Below are positions 16,121-25,589 of a DNA stretch of 38,014 nt, piece after piece. A model generated the notes under the pieces. It saw only the letters and a program-made list of their open reading frames with translations, searched no databases and was not told the origin of the DNA. The stretch is taken from the UHGV virus genome UHGV-0042156. One strand, 5' to 3'. A program made the position numbers and the translations under genes. The stretch comes from a virus. Positions within the stretch are counted from its first letter, which is position 1. Every line of letters starts with the position of its first letter.

Positions 16121-16533
16121 CAATGGATTATTCACAGTTAAGTGATTTTGAAATTAACAGACGAGTATGTGAGGCTTTAGATATGGAGGAGCATTTCTTC
16201 ATACCTGATGACGAAGCAGACTTCGATTCTGAGATCCCCACTGACGAAAGAGGTCCTATTTGGCAGACGCAAAAAAGGGATATTAATGGCTTCCGTTCTT
16301 CAAACGGAAATTGCTTCAATCCTTGCAATAATCCTGAATATGCGTGGCCAATTATCACTGAAAACAAAATCAGCATAATGTTTGATAGTACCGATACGAG
16401 ATATGAAGGCGAATATCACGAGTGGTGTGATGCGATTTCATCTTGTCAAAAGTTCGGAATTCAGTATCAGTCTAATCCACTCCGCGCCGCCATGATTGTC
16501 TTTCTCATGATGCAGGACGCCAATAATGCTTAG
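16117..16533 (+). CDS. Nin-region hypothetical protein (NinX-like position)
   Basis: 138-aa ORF, start overlaps ninE stop; acidic N-terminal half. Confidence 0.6.
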   Translation: MTMDYSQLSDFEINRRVCEALDMEEHFFIPDDEADFDSEIPTDERGPIWQTQKRDINGFRSSNGNCFNPCNNPEYAWPIITENKISIMFDSTDTRYEGEYHEWCDAISSCQKFGIQYQSNPLRAAMIVFLMMQDANNA

Positions 16534-16702
16534 CCCATCCCAATCCCTTCAATACCAGAAAGAAAGCGTCGAGCGGGCTTTAACGTGCGCTAACTGCGGT
16601 CAGAAGCTGCATGTGCTGGAAGTTCACGTGTGCTCAGATTGCTGCGCAGAACTGATGAGCGATCCGAATAGCTCAATGTACGAGGAAGAAGACGATGAAT
16701 GA
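16526..16702 (+). CDS. ninF: NinF
   Basis: Manual translation [58 protein letters not shown], near-identical to lambda NinF as recalled; below ORF-track size cutoff. Confidence 0.7.
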   Translation: MLSPSQSLQYQKESVERALTCANCGQKLHVLEVHVCSDCCAELMSDPNSSMYEEEDDE

Positions 16703-17204
16703 TGTTAAAGAAAAAGATATCCCCGGCTTTGAGGGTATATATAAAGTAAATGAAAATGGAGACATCATTTCATGCCGTAAATCAAAAAAATTATCTCATG
16801 GCATTAAACCAGGAGGATATGCATTTGTCGGTCTGTATCCAGGTGGCGGGAAAAGACCATCATATAAAATGGTTCACAGAATTGTTGCAGAAGTATTTAT
16901 TGATAACCCAGATGGCAAACCGGAAGTTAATCACAAGGATGGAAATAAACTTAATAATAAAGTTGAAAATCTTGAGTGGGTAACGCGAACAGAAAATGCG
17001 AAACATGGATTTGATTCCGGATTGCTTGTTCATGGGTTTAATCATCACTTCTGCAAACTAACGCCAGAACAAGTGAAATCAATATATAAATCAAAAGGCA
17101 AATACAGAGATATAGCCAAAGAATTTGGTGTTTGTGCGCAGACAGTGTGCAACATAAAAAACAAATCAGCGTACCGACGTTTTTTGGAGGGGATTGATGT
17201 TTAG
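16695..17204 (+). CDS. HNH endonuclease (NUMOD4 plus HNH plus C-terminal HTH)
   Basis: IPGFEGIYKVNENGDIIS, VNHKDGNKLNNKVENLEWVTRTEN, DIAKEFGVCAQTVCNIKN; overlaps ninF stop and next gene start; AT-rich. Confidence 0.8.
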   Translation: MNDVKEKDIPGFEGIYKVNENGDIISCRKSKKLSHGIKPGGYAFVGLYPGGGKRPSYKMVHRIVAEVFIDNPDGKPEVNHKDGNKLNNKVENLEWVTRTENAKHGFDSGLLVHGFNHHFCKLTPEQVKSIYKSKGKYRDIAKEFGVCAQTVCNIKNKSAYRRFLEGIDV

Positions 17205-17472
17205 AAGCAAAAAATGGCTTCAGGCAGTCAGGGATATTGAATTTTGCGTTCTTTGCGGAAGATACGGAGTTCAGGCCGCTCACAGAAATGAAGGGAAGGG
17301 GGTTGGGATTAAAGTAGATGATTGCCTTACTGCTGCGCTATGTGTTGATTGTCATTCAAGAATTGATAATGGGAGAGATATGAGCAGGGAAGAGCGAAGG
17401 GCTGAAATGGATCGGGCCATTGTGCTTACCCTTAAAAAATTGGTTAACAATGGGAGGGTGTTTGTCCAATGA
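17197..17472 (+). CDS. Cys-rich nin-region protein (DUF1364-like)
   Basis: CVLCGRYG...CVDCHSRID Cys4 pattern; precedes rusA. Confidence 0.6.
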   Translation: MFRSKKWLQAVRDIEFCVLCGRYGVQAAHRNEGKGVGIKVDDCLTAALCVDCHSRIDNGRDMSREERRAEMDRAIVLTLKKLVNNGRVFVQ

Positions 17473-17831
17473 ACGAATATCAGTTTGTGCTTCCATACCC
17501 GCCGTCGCTGAATACCTACTGGCGAAGACGGGGGAGTCAATACTACATCAGCGATAAAGGCCAGAAATACCGAAAAGACGTTCAGCAAATCATCCGCCAA
17601 CTTAAGTTAGACATTTTCACCAAATCACGACTCCGCATCAAAGTCATCGCAGACGTTCCAGACTCCCGCCGCCGCGACCTCGACAACATCCTGAAAGGTT
17701 TACTCGACTCCCTTATCCACGCCGGATTTGCGGAAGACGACGAGCAATTCGATGACATTCGCGTAATTCGTGGCGTGAAAGTACCAGGCGGAAGGCTTGG
17801 AATAAAAATCACCGAACTGGAGAGCGTATGA
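17469..17831 (+). CDS. rusA: RusA Holliday-junction resolvase
   Basis: 120-aa ORF MNEYQFVLPYPPSLNTYWRRRG...DLDNILKGLLDSL. Confidence 0.85.
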   Translation: MNEYQFVLPYPPSLNTYWRRRGSQYYISDKGQKYRKDVQQIIRQLKLDIFTKSRLRIKVIADVPDSRRRDLDNILKGLLDSLIHAGFAEDDEQFDDIRVIRGVKVPGGRLGIKITELESV

Positions 17832-18016
17832 ACGCCACAATTCAAACGATACCAGAGCTTCTTATCCAGACACGAGGCAATCAGACCGAAGTGGCAAGGA
17901 TGCTTTCCTGCGCAAGAGGAACAGTGCTCAAGTACAACCGAGACAGCAAAGGCGAGCGTCACGTAATAGTTAACGGCGTCCTGATGGTCAAACAGGGCAA
18001 GAGGGGAAGACGATGA
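17828..18016 (+). CDS. ninH: NinH
   Basis: TIPELLIQTRGNQTEVARMLSCARGTVLKYNRDSKGERHVIVNGVLMV colinear with lambda NinH. Confidence 0.7.
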   Translation: MNATIQTIPELLIQTRGNQTEVARMLSCARGTVLKYNRDSKGERHVIVNGVLMVKQGKRGRR

Positions 18017-18531
18017 GCATAAGAGAACTAAACCTCACCAAAGAACAGCACGATTGGCTGAATGGCTGGCTTGAACTGTGGGGCGCATGGGTTTATTCAG
18101 GCCGCCTGGAAAAGCGCATGAGCAGCGTAATAGCGAAGTTCATGGAGAGCGTAGAGCCGGGAAGAGTTATGACAAGGCCAATGTGTAATGATGATGATGG
18201 AATGTTGATTTCTCAGGTCGTCGATTCCGTCATGTACATTGACAAGAAAGCCTTTAGCATCCTCCTCAGCTACTACGCTCATGGTTCATCTAAGCGAGCA
18301 ATTGCATCCTACTATCACGCGACTGCAAAGCCACGCAAGATGTGTGGACGTGGTGGCGAGGGATGGAGAAAACCTTCACTGGCAACCTGTAGAAACGAAA
18401 TTGACGACATCCTGAAAGCGTCATTATTTGTTTTATACCAGCCGATGCAAAATGCTTTCAAAATGCGTAAACGTGTTGAGAAAGTTAAGCATGTTGCTGT
18501 TAAAAGCCTTGACATGCAATTAGCCATTTAG
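18013..18531 (+). CDS. Q: Late-gene antiterminator Q (non-lambda type)
   Basis: 172-aa ORF immediately upstream of late promoter/terminator and lysis genes; not colinear with lambda Q. Confidence 0.8.
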   Translation: MSIRELNLTKEQHDWLNGWLELWGAWVYSGRLEKRMSSVIAKFMESVEPGRVMTRPMCNDDDGMLISQVVDSVMYIDKKAFSILLSYYAHGSSKRAIASYYHATAKPRKMCGRGGEGWRKPSLATCRNEIDDILKASLFVLYQPMQNAFKMRKRVEKVKHVAVKSLDMQLAI

Positions 18532-18538
18532 CCATAAT
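18509..18538 (+). promoter_or_regulatory. Candidate late promoter pR-prime (TTGACA-N18-CATAAT) overlapping Q 3' end
   Basis: TTGACA at 18509..18514, CATAAT at 18533..18538, just upstream of the terminator. Confidence 0.4.
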
Positions 18539-18547
18539 TAGAAGGTA

Positions 18548-18594
18548 AGCTGCCGTTAGTGACTCTTAAGTTGCAACGGTGGCTTTTTTATTTG
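18548..18594 (+). terminator. tR-prime-like terminator
   Basis: 10-bp stem AGCTGCCGTT/AACGGTGGCT (two G-U pairs), 17-nt loop, then TTTTTTATTTG; downstream leader resumes lambda-like sequence. Confidence 0.5.
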
Positions 18595-19029
18595 CACAAC
18601 AGGTAAGAGCATTGAACCCGCAGACCTCGCGGAATTGGTGAAAGGTGCCGCGCAGTGCTCTTATCGTTGTGGTGAATGCACAGGCTGATGTGTAAGGGCA
18701 AGAATCTTTCGCTGGATTCGGTGTGGCCACGTAGCCCGCTGTAGGCAGTTGCAGCAAACCGGAGATCAGCACCGGTCGCCACAATCCAAACTGAGCCGTA
18801 GCCACTGGCTATCATGAATTCATCGGTGATAGTTACGCTGCGGACTTCTACACATGACCTTCGTGAAAGCGGGTAGCAAGAGGTTGCGCTAACAACCTCC
18901 TGCCGTTTTGCCCGTGCATATCGGTCACGAACAAATCTGATTACTAAACACAGTAGCCTGGATTTGTTCTATCAGTAATCGACCTTATTCCTAATTAAAT
19001 AGAGCAAATCCCCTTATTGGGGGTAAGAC
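18595..19029 (+). other. Untranslated late-operon leader (lambda-like)
   Basis: No credible coding frame; lambda-like sequence up to S start as recalled. Confidence 0.5.
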
Positions 19030-19353
19030 ATGAAGATGCCAGAAAAACATGACCTGTTAGCCGCCATTCTCGCGGCAAAGGAACAAGGCATCGGGGCAAT
19101 CCTTGCGTTTGCAATGGCGTACCTTCGCGGCAGATATAATGGCGGTGCGTTTACAAAAACAGTAATCGACGCAACGATGTGCGCCATTATCGCCTGGTTC
19201 ATTCGTGACCTTCTCGACTTCGCCGGACTAAGTAGCAATCTCGCTTATATAACGAGCGTGTTCATCGGCTACATCGGTACTGACTCGATTGGTTCGCTTA
19301 TCAAACGCTTCGCTGCTAAAAAAGCCGGAGTAGAAGATGGTGGAAATCAATAA
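19030..19353 (+). CDS. S: Holin S (lambda S, dual-start MKM)
   Basis: [34 protein letters not shown]... matches lambda S. Confidence 0.95.
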   Translation: MKMPEKHDLLAAILAAKEQGIGAILAFAMAYLRGRYNGGAFTKTVIDATMCAIIAWFIRDLLDFAGLSSNLAYITSVFIGYIGTDSIGSLIKRFAAKKAGVEDGGNQ

Positions 19354-19813
19354 TCAACGTAAGGCGTTCCTCGATATGCTGGCGTGGTCAGAGGGAACTG
19401 ATAACGGACGTCAGAAAACCAGAAATCATGGTTATGACGTCATTGTTGGCGGAGAGCTATTCACTGATTACTCCGATCACCCTCGCAAACTTGTCACGCT
19501 AAACCCCAAACTCAAATCAACAGCCGCCGGGCGCTACCAGCTTCTTTCCCGTTGGTGGGATTCCTATCGTAAGCAGCTTGGCCTGAAAGACTTCTCCCCC
19601 AAAAGCCAGGACGCAGTGGCATTGCAGCAGATTAAAGAACGTGGCGCTTTACCGATGATTGATCGGGGTGATATTCGTCAGGCTATTGATCGTTGCAGCA
19701 ATATTTGGGCTTCATTGCCCGGTGCTGGCTACGGTCAGTATGAACACAAGATCGATAGTCTGATTGCCAAATTCAAAGAAGCTGGCGGGGTGGTTAATGA
19801 AACTTCGCTATAA
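19337..19813 (+). CDS. R: Endolysin R (lytic transglycosylase)
   Basis: [45 protein letters not shown]... matches lambda R. Confidence 0.95.
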   Translation: MVEINNQRKAFLDMLAWSEGTDNGRQKTRNHGYDVIVGGELFTDYSDHPRKLVTLNPKLKSTAAGRYQLLSRWWDSYRKQLGLKDFSPKSQDAVALQQIKERGALPMIDRGDIRQAIDRCSNIWASLPGAGYGQYEHKIDSLIAKFKEAGGVVNETSL

Positions 19814-20258
19814 GCTGGTTATTTCTGCTTTCCTCCTGACTTTATTCGGTTCTCTCGTCTGGTCAGCTAATCATTACCACAATAAAGCCATTGAATACAA
19901 AAAACAGCGCGACGAAAACGCTATGGCATTAGATTCGGCTATGGCGACGATCTCTGATATGCAGAAGCGTCAACGTGACGTAGCAGAACTCGATGCCAGA
20001 TATACAAAGGAGCTTGCTGATGCTAACGCGACTATCGAAAGTCTCCGTGCTGATGTTTCTGCTGGTCGTAAGCGCCTGCAAGTCGCCGCCACCTGTGCAA
20101 AGTCAACGACCGGAGCCAGCAGCATGGGCGATGGAGAAAGCCCAAGACTTACAGCAGATGCTGAACTCAATTATTACCGTCTCCGAAGTGGAATCGACAA
20201 GATAACCGCGCAGGTTAACTACTTGCAGGAATATATCAACACGCAGTGCCTGAAATGA
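19797..20258 (+). CDS. Rz: Spanin inner-membrane subunit Rz
   Basis: Start [22 protein letters not shown] (TM) then coiled-coil; ORF-track start 19764 is an extension. Confidence 0.85.
   Translation: MKLRYKLVISAFLLTLFGSLVWSANHYHNKAIEYKKQRDENAMALDSAMATISDMQKRQRDVAELDARYTKELADANATIESLRADVSAGRKRLQVAATCAKSTTGASSMGDGESPRLTADAELNYYRLRSGIDKITAQVNYLQEYINTQCLK
20020..20205 (+). CDS. Rz1: Spanin outer-membrane lipoprotein Rz1 (embedded in Rz, +1 frame)
   Basis: MLTRLSKVSVLMFLLVVSAC lipobox, Pro-rich mature part; AGGAG 7 nt upstream. Confidence 0.7.
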   Translation: MLTRLSKVSVLMFLLVVSACKSPPPVQSQRPEPAAWAMEKAQDLQQMLNSIITVSEVESTR

Positions 20259-20265
20259 ACAATCA

Positions 20266-20292
20266 TAGCCTCGTAATAGCGAGGCTTTTTAC
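20266..20292 (+). terminator. Rho-independent terminator after Rz
   Basis: GCCTCG-TAATA-GCGAGGC then TTTTT. Confidence 0.65.
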
Positions 20293-20308
20293 TAACCGAG
20301 GGTAAATA

Positions 20309-20497
20309 ATGTCATCTCCAATCATGAAGTATTTCGCTTATCAACACCTCCCCGCGCATCTGCAGGAAGTAAGTAAGCCAATCGGTGACCTTGCGACACT
20401 GATGGATGAATCACTGCCTGACAGTGCTGAAAAGTCAGCAGGTCTCCGCAAGCTGCTCGAAGCTAAAGATGCACTGATGCGAGCAAAGCTGGGGTAA
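20309..20497 (+). CDS. Hypothetical small protein (62 aa)
   Basis: GAGGG SD; sits between two terminators. Confidence 0.6.
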   Translation: MSSPIMKYFAYQHLPAHLQEVSKPIGDLATLMDESLPDSAEKSAGLRKLLEAKDALMRAKLG

Positions 20498-20550
20498 GTC
20501 ATTACAAAGCCTATCTACGGGTGGGCTTGATAATGGCTTATACCCTACAC

Positions 20551-20577
20551 GGGATAACTTAACTGATATCCCTTTTA
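20551..20577 (+). terminator. Terminator-like hairpin
   Basis: GGGATA-acttaactga-TATCCC then TTTT. Confidence 0.45.
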
Positions 20578-20597
20578 ACGGATAAACGGAGCCAACA

Positions 20598-20840
20598 ATG
20601 GCAGAGATTATTCCCATGACTGAAGAACAGAAATTCCAGTTAGAGATTTACAAGCTGGTCATGAACCAGAACGCAGCCGCAGAAGAAGCATTTCAATTCA
20701 TTGGCACTGACGAACTGAAGCTTGAGCTATTTAAAATTCACTTCCAGTCAGGTGGCGCTAATTCAGATATCACGACCCGAACTATCGAAGCGGTGCGTAA
20801 ATCGAGGGAAGCGTTAGACCTGTTCACCACCGGAGCATGA
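20598..20840 (+). CDS. Hypothetical small protein (80 aa)
   Basis: ACGGAG SD; stop 1 nt before next start. Confidence 0.6.
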   Translation: MAEIIPMTEEQKFQLEIYKLVMNQNAAAEEAFQFIGTDELKLELFKIHFQSGGANSDITTRTIEAVRKSREALDLFTTGA

Positions 20841-20841
20841 T

Positions 20842-21330
20842 ATGACCACTATTGCATGGGATGGAAAGACCCTGGCATCTGACACCCAGGCATCATCTGG
20901 TGATGTTGTGTGTTCGTATACAGAACAAAAGATTTACACACCGCCAGAATCTGGGTGGGAGGTTTGCGGCAGTAAAGTGGTTGCATTAGGTTGTTCTGGT
21001 GATTGCGGCGCGGAGATGGAATTGCAGGAACTGCTTAAGAACAACCTGACGTATGCATCAGAATTTCTCCCGACATTCTCTTTCACCGCGCTTGCTATCA
21101 TCGGTGCTGGTCGTGCTTACATCATCTCAAAAGAGAAAGGCGAAACGCGGGCGAGTATTTCGCGACAGGTTGAACCGTATGCCATTGGTAGTGGTTGGCT
21201 GATTGCTCGCACAGCCATGCACTGCGGCAAAAATGCGAGAGAAGCGGTACAAGTCGCAATTGATATTGACTGCTATTCCGGCGGCAGCGTTGATTCGTTC
21301 CCCGCTGGGAAGCAAACAGAAGGGAAATAA
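20842..21330 (+). CDS. HslV/proteasome-beta-like Ntn-hydrolase (stand-alone)
   Basis: 162 aa; N-terminal MTTIAWDG (Thr nucleophile position as in HslV MTTIVSV); AIGSG motif; overall colinear with E. coli HslV. Confidence 0.7.
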   Translation: MTTIAWDGKTLASDTQASSGDVVCSYTEQKIYTPPESGWEVCGSKVVALGCSGDCGAEMELQELLKNNLTYASEFLPTFSFTALAIIGAGRAYIISKEKGETRASISRQVEPYAIGSGWLIARTAMHCGKNAREAVQVAIDIDCYSGGSVDSFPAGKQTEGK

Positions 21331-21335
21331 TCAAT

Positions 21336-21824
21336 ATGGCAGCACCAAAGGGCAACCGATTTTGGGAGGCCCGCAGTAGTCATGGGCGAAATCCTAAATT
21401 CGAATCGCCTGAGGCGCTGTGGGCTGCTTGTTGTGAATACTTCGAGTGGGCTGATGATAACCCACTATGGGAGGGTAAGGTATTTTCATATCAGGGAGAA
21501 ATAATTAAGGCTAATGTCCCTAAGATGCGAGCCATGACTATTTCAGGATTGTGTACCTTCCTTGATATCACCAGGCAAACGTGGGGAACCTTCCGGTCAA
21601 TGGAAGGTTTTTCTGACGTCACATCACGAGCGGAAGACATCATCTACGACCAGAAATTCTCTGGCGCAGCCGCTGACCTTCTCAACGCTAACATCATCGC
21701 CCGTGATTTGGGCCTCAAAGAGCAGTCGCAAGTTGAAGACGTGACACCTGATAAGGGAGATCGCGATAAGCGGCGCTCTCGTATCAAGGAGCTATTCAAC
21801 CGTGGAACTGGACGCGATTCTTGA
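21336..21824 (+). CDS. terS: Terminase small subunit (P22 gp3-like)
   Basis: 162-aa ORF immediately upstream of and overlapping terL. Confidence 0.85.
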   Translation: MAAPKGNRFWEARSSHGRNPKFESPEALWAACCEYFEWADDNPLWEGKVFSYQGEIIKANVPKMRAMTISGLCTFLDITRQTWGTFRSMEGFSDVTSRAEDIIYDQKFSGAAADLLNANIIARDLGLKEQSQVEDVTPDKGDRDKRRSRIKELFNRGTGRDS

Positions 21825-23298
21825 TAACCTGAGCGACGAAGAGCAAATCGAGTTGCTCGAGCTACTCGAAGAAGAAGAGAACTACCGGAACACACACCTG
21901 CTATATGAATTTACGCCATACAGCAAACAGCGTGAGTTCATCGACGCCGGACATGACTATCCAGAGCGCTGTTTTATGGCTGGTAACCAGCTTGGTAAGT
22001 CATTTACTGGTGCTGCTGAAGTCGCGTTTCACCTTACCGGGCGTTATCCGGGCACAAAAGGCTATCCTGCTGATGGTAAATATGGCGGTGAGTGGGAAGG
22101 TAAGCGTTTCTATGAGCCTGTTGTCTTCTGGATTGGCGGCGAGACAAACGAGACGGTAACCAAAACGACTCAACGCATCCTGTGCGGTCGTATTGAAGAG
22201 AATGATGAGCCGGGCTACGGTTCAATACCGAAAGAGGACATCATTAGCTGGAAGAAGTCTCCTTTCTTTCCGAACCTTGTTGATCATCTTCTGGTTAAGC
22301 ATCACACGACTGATGGCGTTGAAGATGGCATTTCAATCTGCTACTTCAAACCATACTCGCAAGGCCGCGCTCGCTGGCAGGGTGACACAATCCACGGCGT
22401 GTGGTTTGACGAAGAGCCACCATACAGCATTTATGGCGAAGGTCTTACCCGTACCAACAAATACGGGCAATTCTCAATTCTGACGTTTACCCCGCTGATG
22501 GGGATGTCTGACGTTGTTACCAAGTTCCTGAAGAATCCCAGCAAGTCGCAGAAAGTGGTCAACATGACCATCTATGACGCTGAGCACTATACCGACGAGC
22601 AGAAAGAGCAAATCATCGCATCCTATCCTGAGCATGAGAGAGAGGCGCGTGCTCGCGGTATTCCTACGATGGGTAGTGGTCGAATCTTCCAGATACCGGA
22701 AGAGACTATTAAGTGTCAGCCGTTCGAGTGTCCTGATCACTTCTACGTCATCAATGCAATGGACTTCGGATGGGATCACCCACAGGCACACATCCAGCTT
22801 TGGTGGGATAAAGACGAGGACGTGATTTATCTTTCTCGCGTCTGGAAGGCCAAACAGAAGAAGGCGACAGAGGCATGGAGTGCTGTTAAAGCATGGAGCA
22901 AAAACACCCCTACGGCTTGGCCTCATGACGGGCATCAGCACGAAAAGGGAGGCGGCGCTCAGCTCAAGGAACAATACGCCGACGCTGGGTTCGATATGTT
23001 GCCAGATCATGCAACATGGCCTGATGGAGGTAATGCGGTCGAACCCGGGATAGCAGAGATACGCGACATGATGCTCGACGGTCGTTTCAAGGTATTTAAC
23101 ACCTGCGAGCCATTCTTTGAAGAGTTTCGCCTGTATCACCGCGATGAGAACGGGAAGATCGTCAAGCTAAATGACGACATCCTTTCTGCTGTTCGCTATG
23201 GCTACATGATGAGGCGTTTTGCAATACAGATGCGAGACATCAAAGATCCTAAAGAGATTGATTACTCAAGCTACAACATACCTTGCGGAGTTGGATGA
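21802..23298 (+). CDS. terL: Terminase large subunit (P22 gp2-like)
   Basis: 498 aa; N-terminus [37 protein letters not shown] and full-length colinearity with P22 gp2 as recalled. Confidence 0.95.
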   Translation: MELDAILDNLSDEEQIELLELLEEEENYRNTHLLYEFTPYSKQREFIDAGHDYPERCFMAGNQLGKSFTGAAEVAFHLTGRYPGTKGYPADGKYGGEWEGKRFYEPVVFWIGGETNETVTKTTQRILCGRIEENDEPGYGSIPKEDIISWKKSPFFPNLVDHLLVKHHTTDGVEDGISICYFKPYSQGRARWQGDTIHGVWFDEEPPYSIYGEGLTRTNKYGQFSILTFTPLMGMSDVVTKFLKNPSKSQKVVNMTIYDAEHYTDEQKEQIIASYPEHEREARARGIPTMGSGRIFQIPEETIKCQPFECPDHFYVINAMDFGWDHPQAHIQLWWDKDEDVIYLSRVWKAKQKKATEAWSAVKAWSKNTPTAWPHDGHQHEKGGGAQLKEQYADAGFDMLPDHATWPDGGNAVEPGIAEIRDMMLDGRFKVFNTCEPFFEEFRLYHRDENGKIVKLNDDILSAVRYGYMMRRFAIQMRDIKDPKEIDYSSYNIPCGVG

Positions 23299-25499
23299 TG
23301 GCTGATGATAGAAAGATGACTGACTGGCATCGCAAGGTGCTGTGCAACTTTGATAATGCCTGGTCAGCAACGCAGGATATGCGTGAGCAGATTATTGAGG
23401 CTCAACGTTTCGTCCGGGTGTCCGGCGCACAGTGGGAAGGCAGCACAAACGCTGGTTACTCATTTGATGAAGGCAGGTTCGAGCATTATCCGCGTTTTGA
23501 ATTGAATAAGATTGCCCGTGAATGTGATCGCATCATTGGCGAGTATCGACAGAATCGCATCAGCGTTAAATTCAGGCCGAAGGACGATAAGGCATCGGAA
23601 GCGTTAGCCGAAAAGATGAACGGCAAATTCCGCGCTGACTATCAGGAAACATCCGGTGGCGAAGCGTGTGATAACGCATTTGATGATGCTGTAACGGGCG
23701 GATTCGGTTGTTTCCGCATGTGTGCCGATTACGAAGATGAAATGGACCCAAGTAACGAGCAGCGACGCATCAGCCTTCTTCCTGTTTACGACCCAGCGAC
23801 ATGCGTCTTCTTCGATCAGGACAGCAAGCAATATGACCGCTCTGATGCTATGTGGGCTATGGAAATGTTCTCCATGACGCCTAAAGCGTTCGAAGCTGAA
23901 TACCCTGATTCCATCGCTGCAAGTCTTTCTCGTGATGACACTGGCACTCAATATGACTGGTCAACTCCTGATGCTATCTATGTTGGTCGCTACTATGAAG
24001 TCCGCATAGAGAAGGTGAAGCTCACGGCGTGGCGCAACCCTGTTAGCGGAGAAACGGCAATCTATGATGAAGAGCAAATCAAAGATATTGTCGACGAGCT
24101 AACCGATGGCGCATTCGAACTGATTGGTGAGCGAACTGTGAAGAAACGCCGCGTTTATTGCGGCCTTCTGTCTGGCGCTGAATGGCTGGAAGAACCGAAG
24201 CGTATTCCGGGCGAACATATTCCACTCATCCCGGTATATGGGCGTCGCTCATTTGTTGATAATCAGGAGCGAATCGAAGGCCACGCAGCAAAAGCGATGG
24301 ATGCACAGCGTCTTGAGAACCTGATGGTTTCCATGATTGCAGATAACGCTACTCAGGCTGGCGGTGATGGCATTCCTGTAGTTGATGTTGACATGATTCC
24401 TGGTCCTCTCGCCAATCATTGGGCGGAGCGCAACAAAAAGCGCCCGGCGTTCCTGCCGATGGTCAGTCTGAAAAACAAAAACGGAGATATTACTGCGCAG
24501 GCTCAGGTCAGCAGTTATACGCCTCCGACACAAATGCCGCCAGCTCTTGCCGGGCTATTGCAGTACACCGGAACGGCTATTCAGCAAATTACAGGTGCGT
24601 CGCAGCTTGAGAACATGCCGAGCAACGTCGCCACCGATACCGTTGATAGCATCTTTAACCGGATGGACACGCAGTCCTATATCTACATGGACAACATGGC
24701 TAAATCCATGCGCCGCGCTGGCGTTGTGTGGCTTTCTATGGCGCGTGAGGTCTATGGCAGCGATACGCCAATGCGCATCGTTAATGAGGACGGCAGCGAT
24801 GACGTGGCGCTGATGACTGGTGAAGTGATTGACCGTCAGACAGGGCAGGTTATCGCGCTTAACGACCTTTCGCAGGGTAACTATGAAGTGACTGTCGATG
24901 TTGGTCAGTCGTTCGCTACTCGCCGTGATGCAACGGTTAAGTCGTTACTTTCCATGCTGGCACTTATCCCACCAGGAACGCCGAAGCACGACCTTGTATC
25001 GTCGATGATTCTCGACAATATGGACGGCGAAGGGATGGACGACCTGAAAGAATACAACCGCAATCAGTTGCTTCTGTCTGGCGTTATCAAGCCGAGAACG
25101 CCAGAAGAACAGCAAATGGTTGAGCAGGCGAAACAACAACAGGCCAGTCAGCCAGATCCGGCTATGGTTGCAGCGCAAGGTCAGCTTCTTGCTGGTCAGG
25201 CTGAATTGCAGAAAGCGCAGAACGAACAGGCAGCCATTCAGGTTAAAGCATTCCAGGCACAGACTGATGCTCAGGTTGCAGCGGCAAATGTTGTGAAAAT
25301 CCTCGCATCTGCCGATAGCCAGCAGAAATCTGATATCCGCGAGGCTCTGAAACTGCTCGGACAGTTCCAGCAACAGCAAGGAGACAATGCCCGTGCTGAT
25401 GCAGAGCTTGTCCTGAAAAGTCAGGCACAGGGCCATGCGCAGCGCATGGACATCAGCAGCATCCTGCAAAAATCAACTCAGCAACAACCACAGCAGTAA
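23295..25499 (+). CDS. Portal protein (P22 gp1-like)
   Basis: About 735 aa; C-terminal PEEQQMVEQAKQQQASQPDPAMVAAQGQLLAGQAELQKAQ region resembles P22 portal barrel; start overlaps terL stop. Confidence 0.9.
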   Translation: MMADDRKMTDWHRKVLCNFDNAWSATQDMREQIIEAQRFVRVSGAQWEGSTNAGYSFDEGRFEHYPRFELNKIARECDRIIGEYRQNRISVKFRPKDDKASEALAEKMNGKFRADYQETSGGEACDNAFDDAVTGGFGCFRMCADYEDEMDPSNEQRRISLLPVYDPATCVFFDQDSKQYDRSDAMWAMEMFSMTPKAFEAEYPDSIAASLSRDDTGTQYDWSTPDAIYVGRYYEVRIEKVKLTAWRNPVSGETAIYDEEQIKDIVDELTDGAFELIGERTVKKRRVYCGLLSGAEWLEEPKRIPGEHIPLIPVYGRRSFVDNQERIEGHAAKAMDAQRLENLMVSMIADNATQAGGDGIPVVDVDMIPGPLANHWAERNKKRPAFLPMVSLKNKNGDITAQAQVSSYTPPTQMPPALAGLLQYTGTAIQQITGASQLENMPSNVATDTVDSIFNRMDTQSYIYMDNMAKSMRRAGVVWLSMAREVYGSDTPMRIVNEDGSDDVALMTGEVIDRQTGQVIALNDLSQGNYEVTVDVGQSFATRRDATVKSLLSMLALIPPGTPKHDLVSSMILDNMDGEGMDDLKEYNRNQLLLSGVIKPRTPEEQQMVEQAKQQQASQPDPAMVAAQGQLLAGQAELQKAQNEQAAIQVKAFQAQTDAQVAAANVVKILASADSQQKSDIREALKLLGQFQQQQGDNARADAELVLKSQAQGHAQRMDISSILQKSTQQQPQQ

Positions 25500-25589
25500 T
25501 TAACCCATAACGTGCAATGGCTGTCTTTATGAGGCCTGGCACCCTATTGCCTTCCGATGGGCTGAACATCGAGTAAACAGGGGTAACAA

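Noticed and set aside
18566-18815. Two overlapping minus-strand ORFs (79 and 75 aa) in the Q-S interval, and possible tRNA genes there
   Set aside because: The region matches the lambda untranslated late leader as recalled; no SD; I could not trace any cloverleaf with acceptor stem or T-loop consensus (GTTCRA).
22474-23139. 221-aa minus-strand ORF
   Set aside because: Antisense to the terminase large subunit gene; frame artefact.
24945-25469. 174-aa minus-strand ORF
   Set aside because: Antisense to the portal gene; low-complexity Leu/Cys-rich translation.
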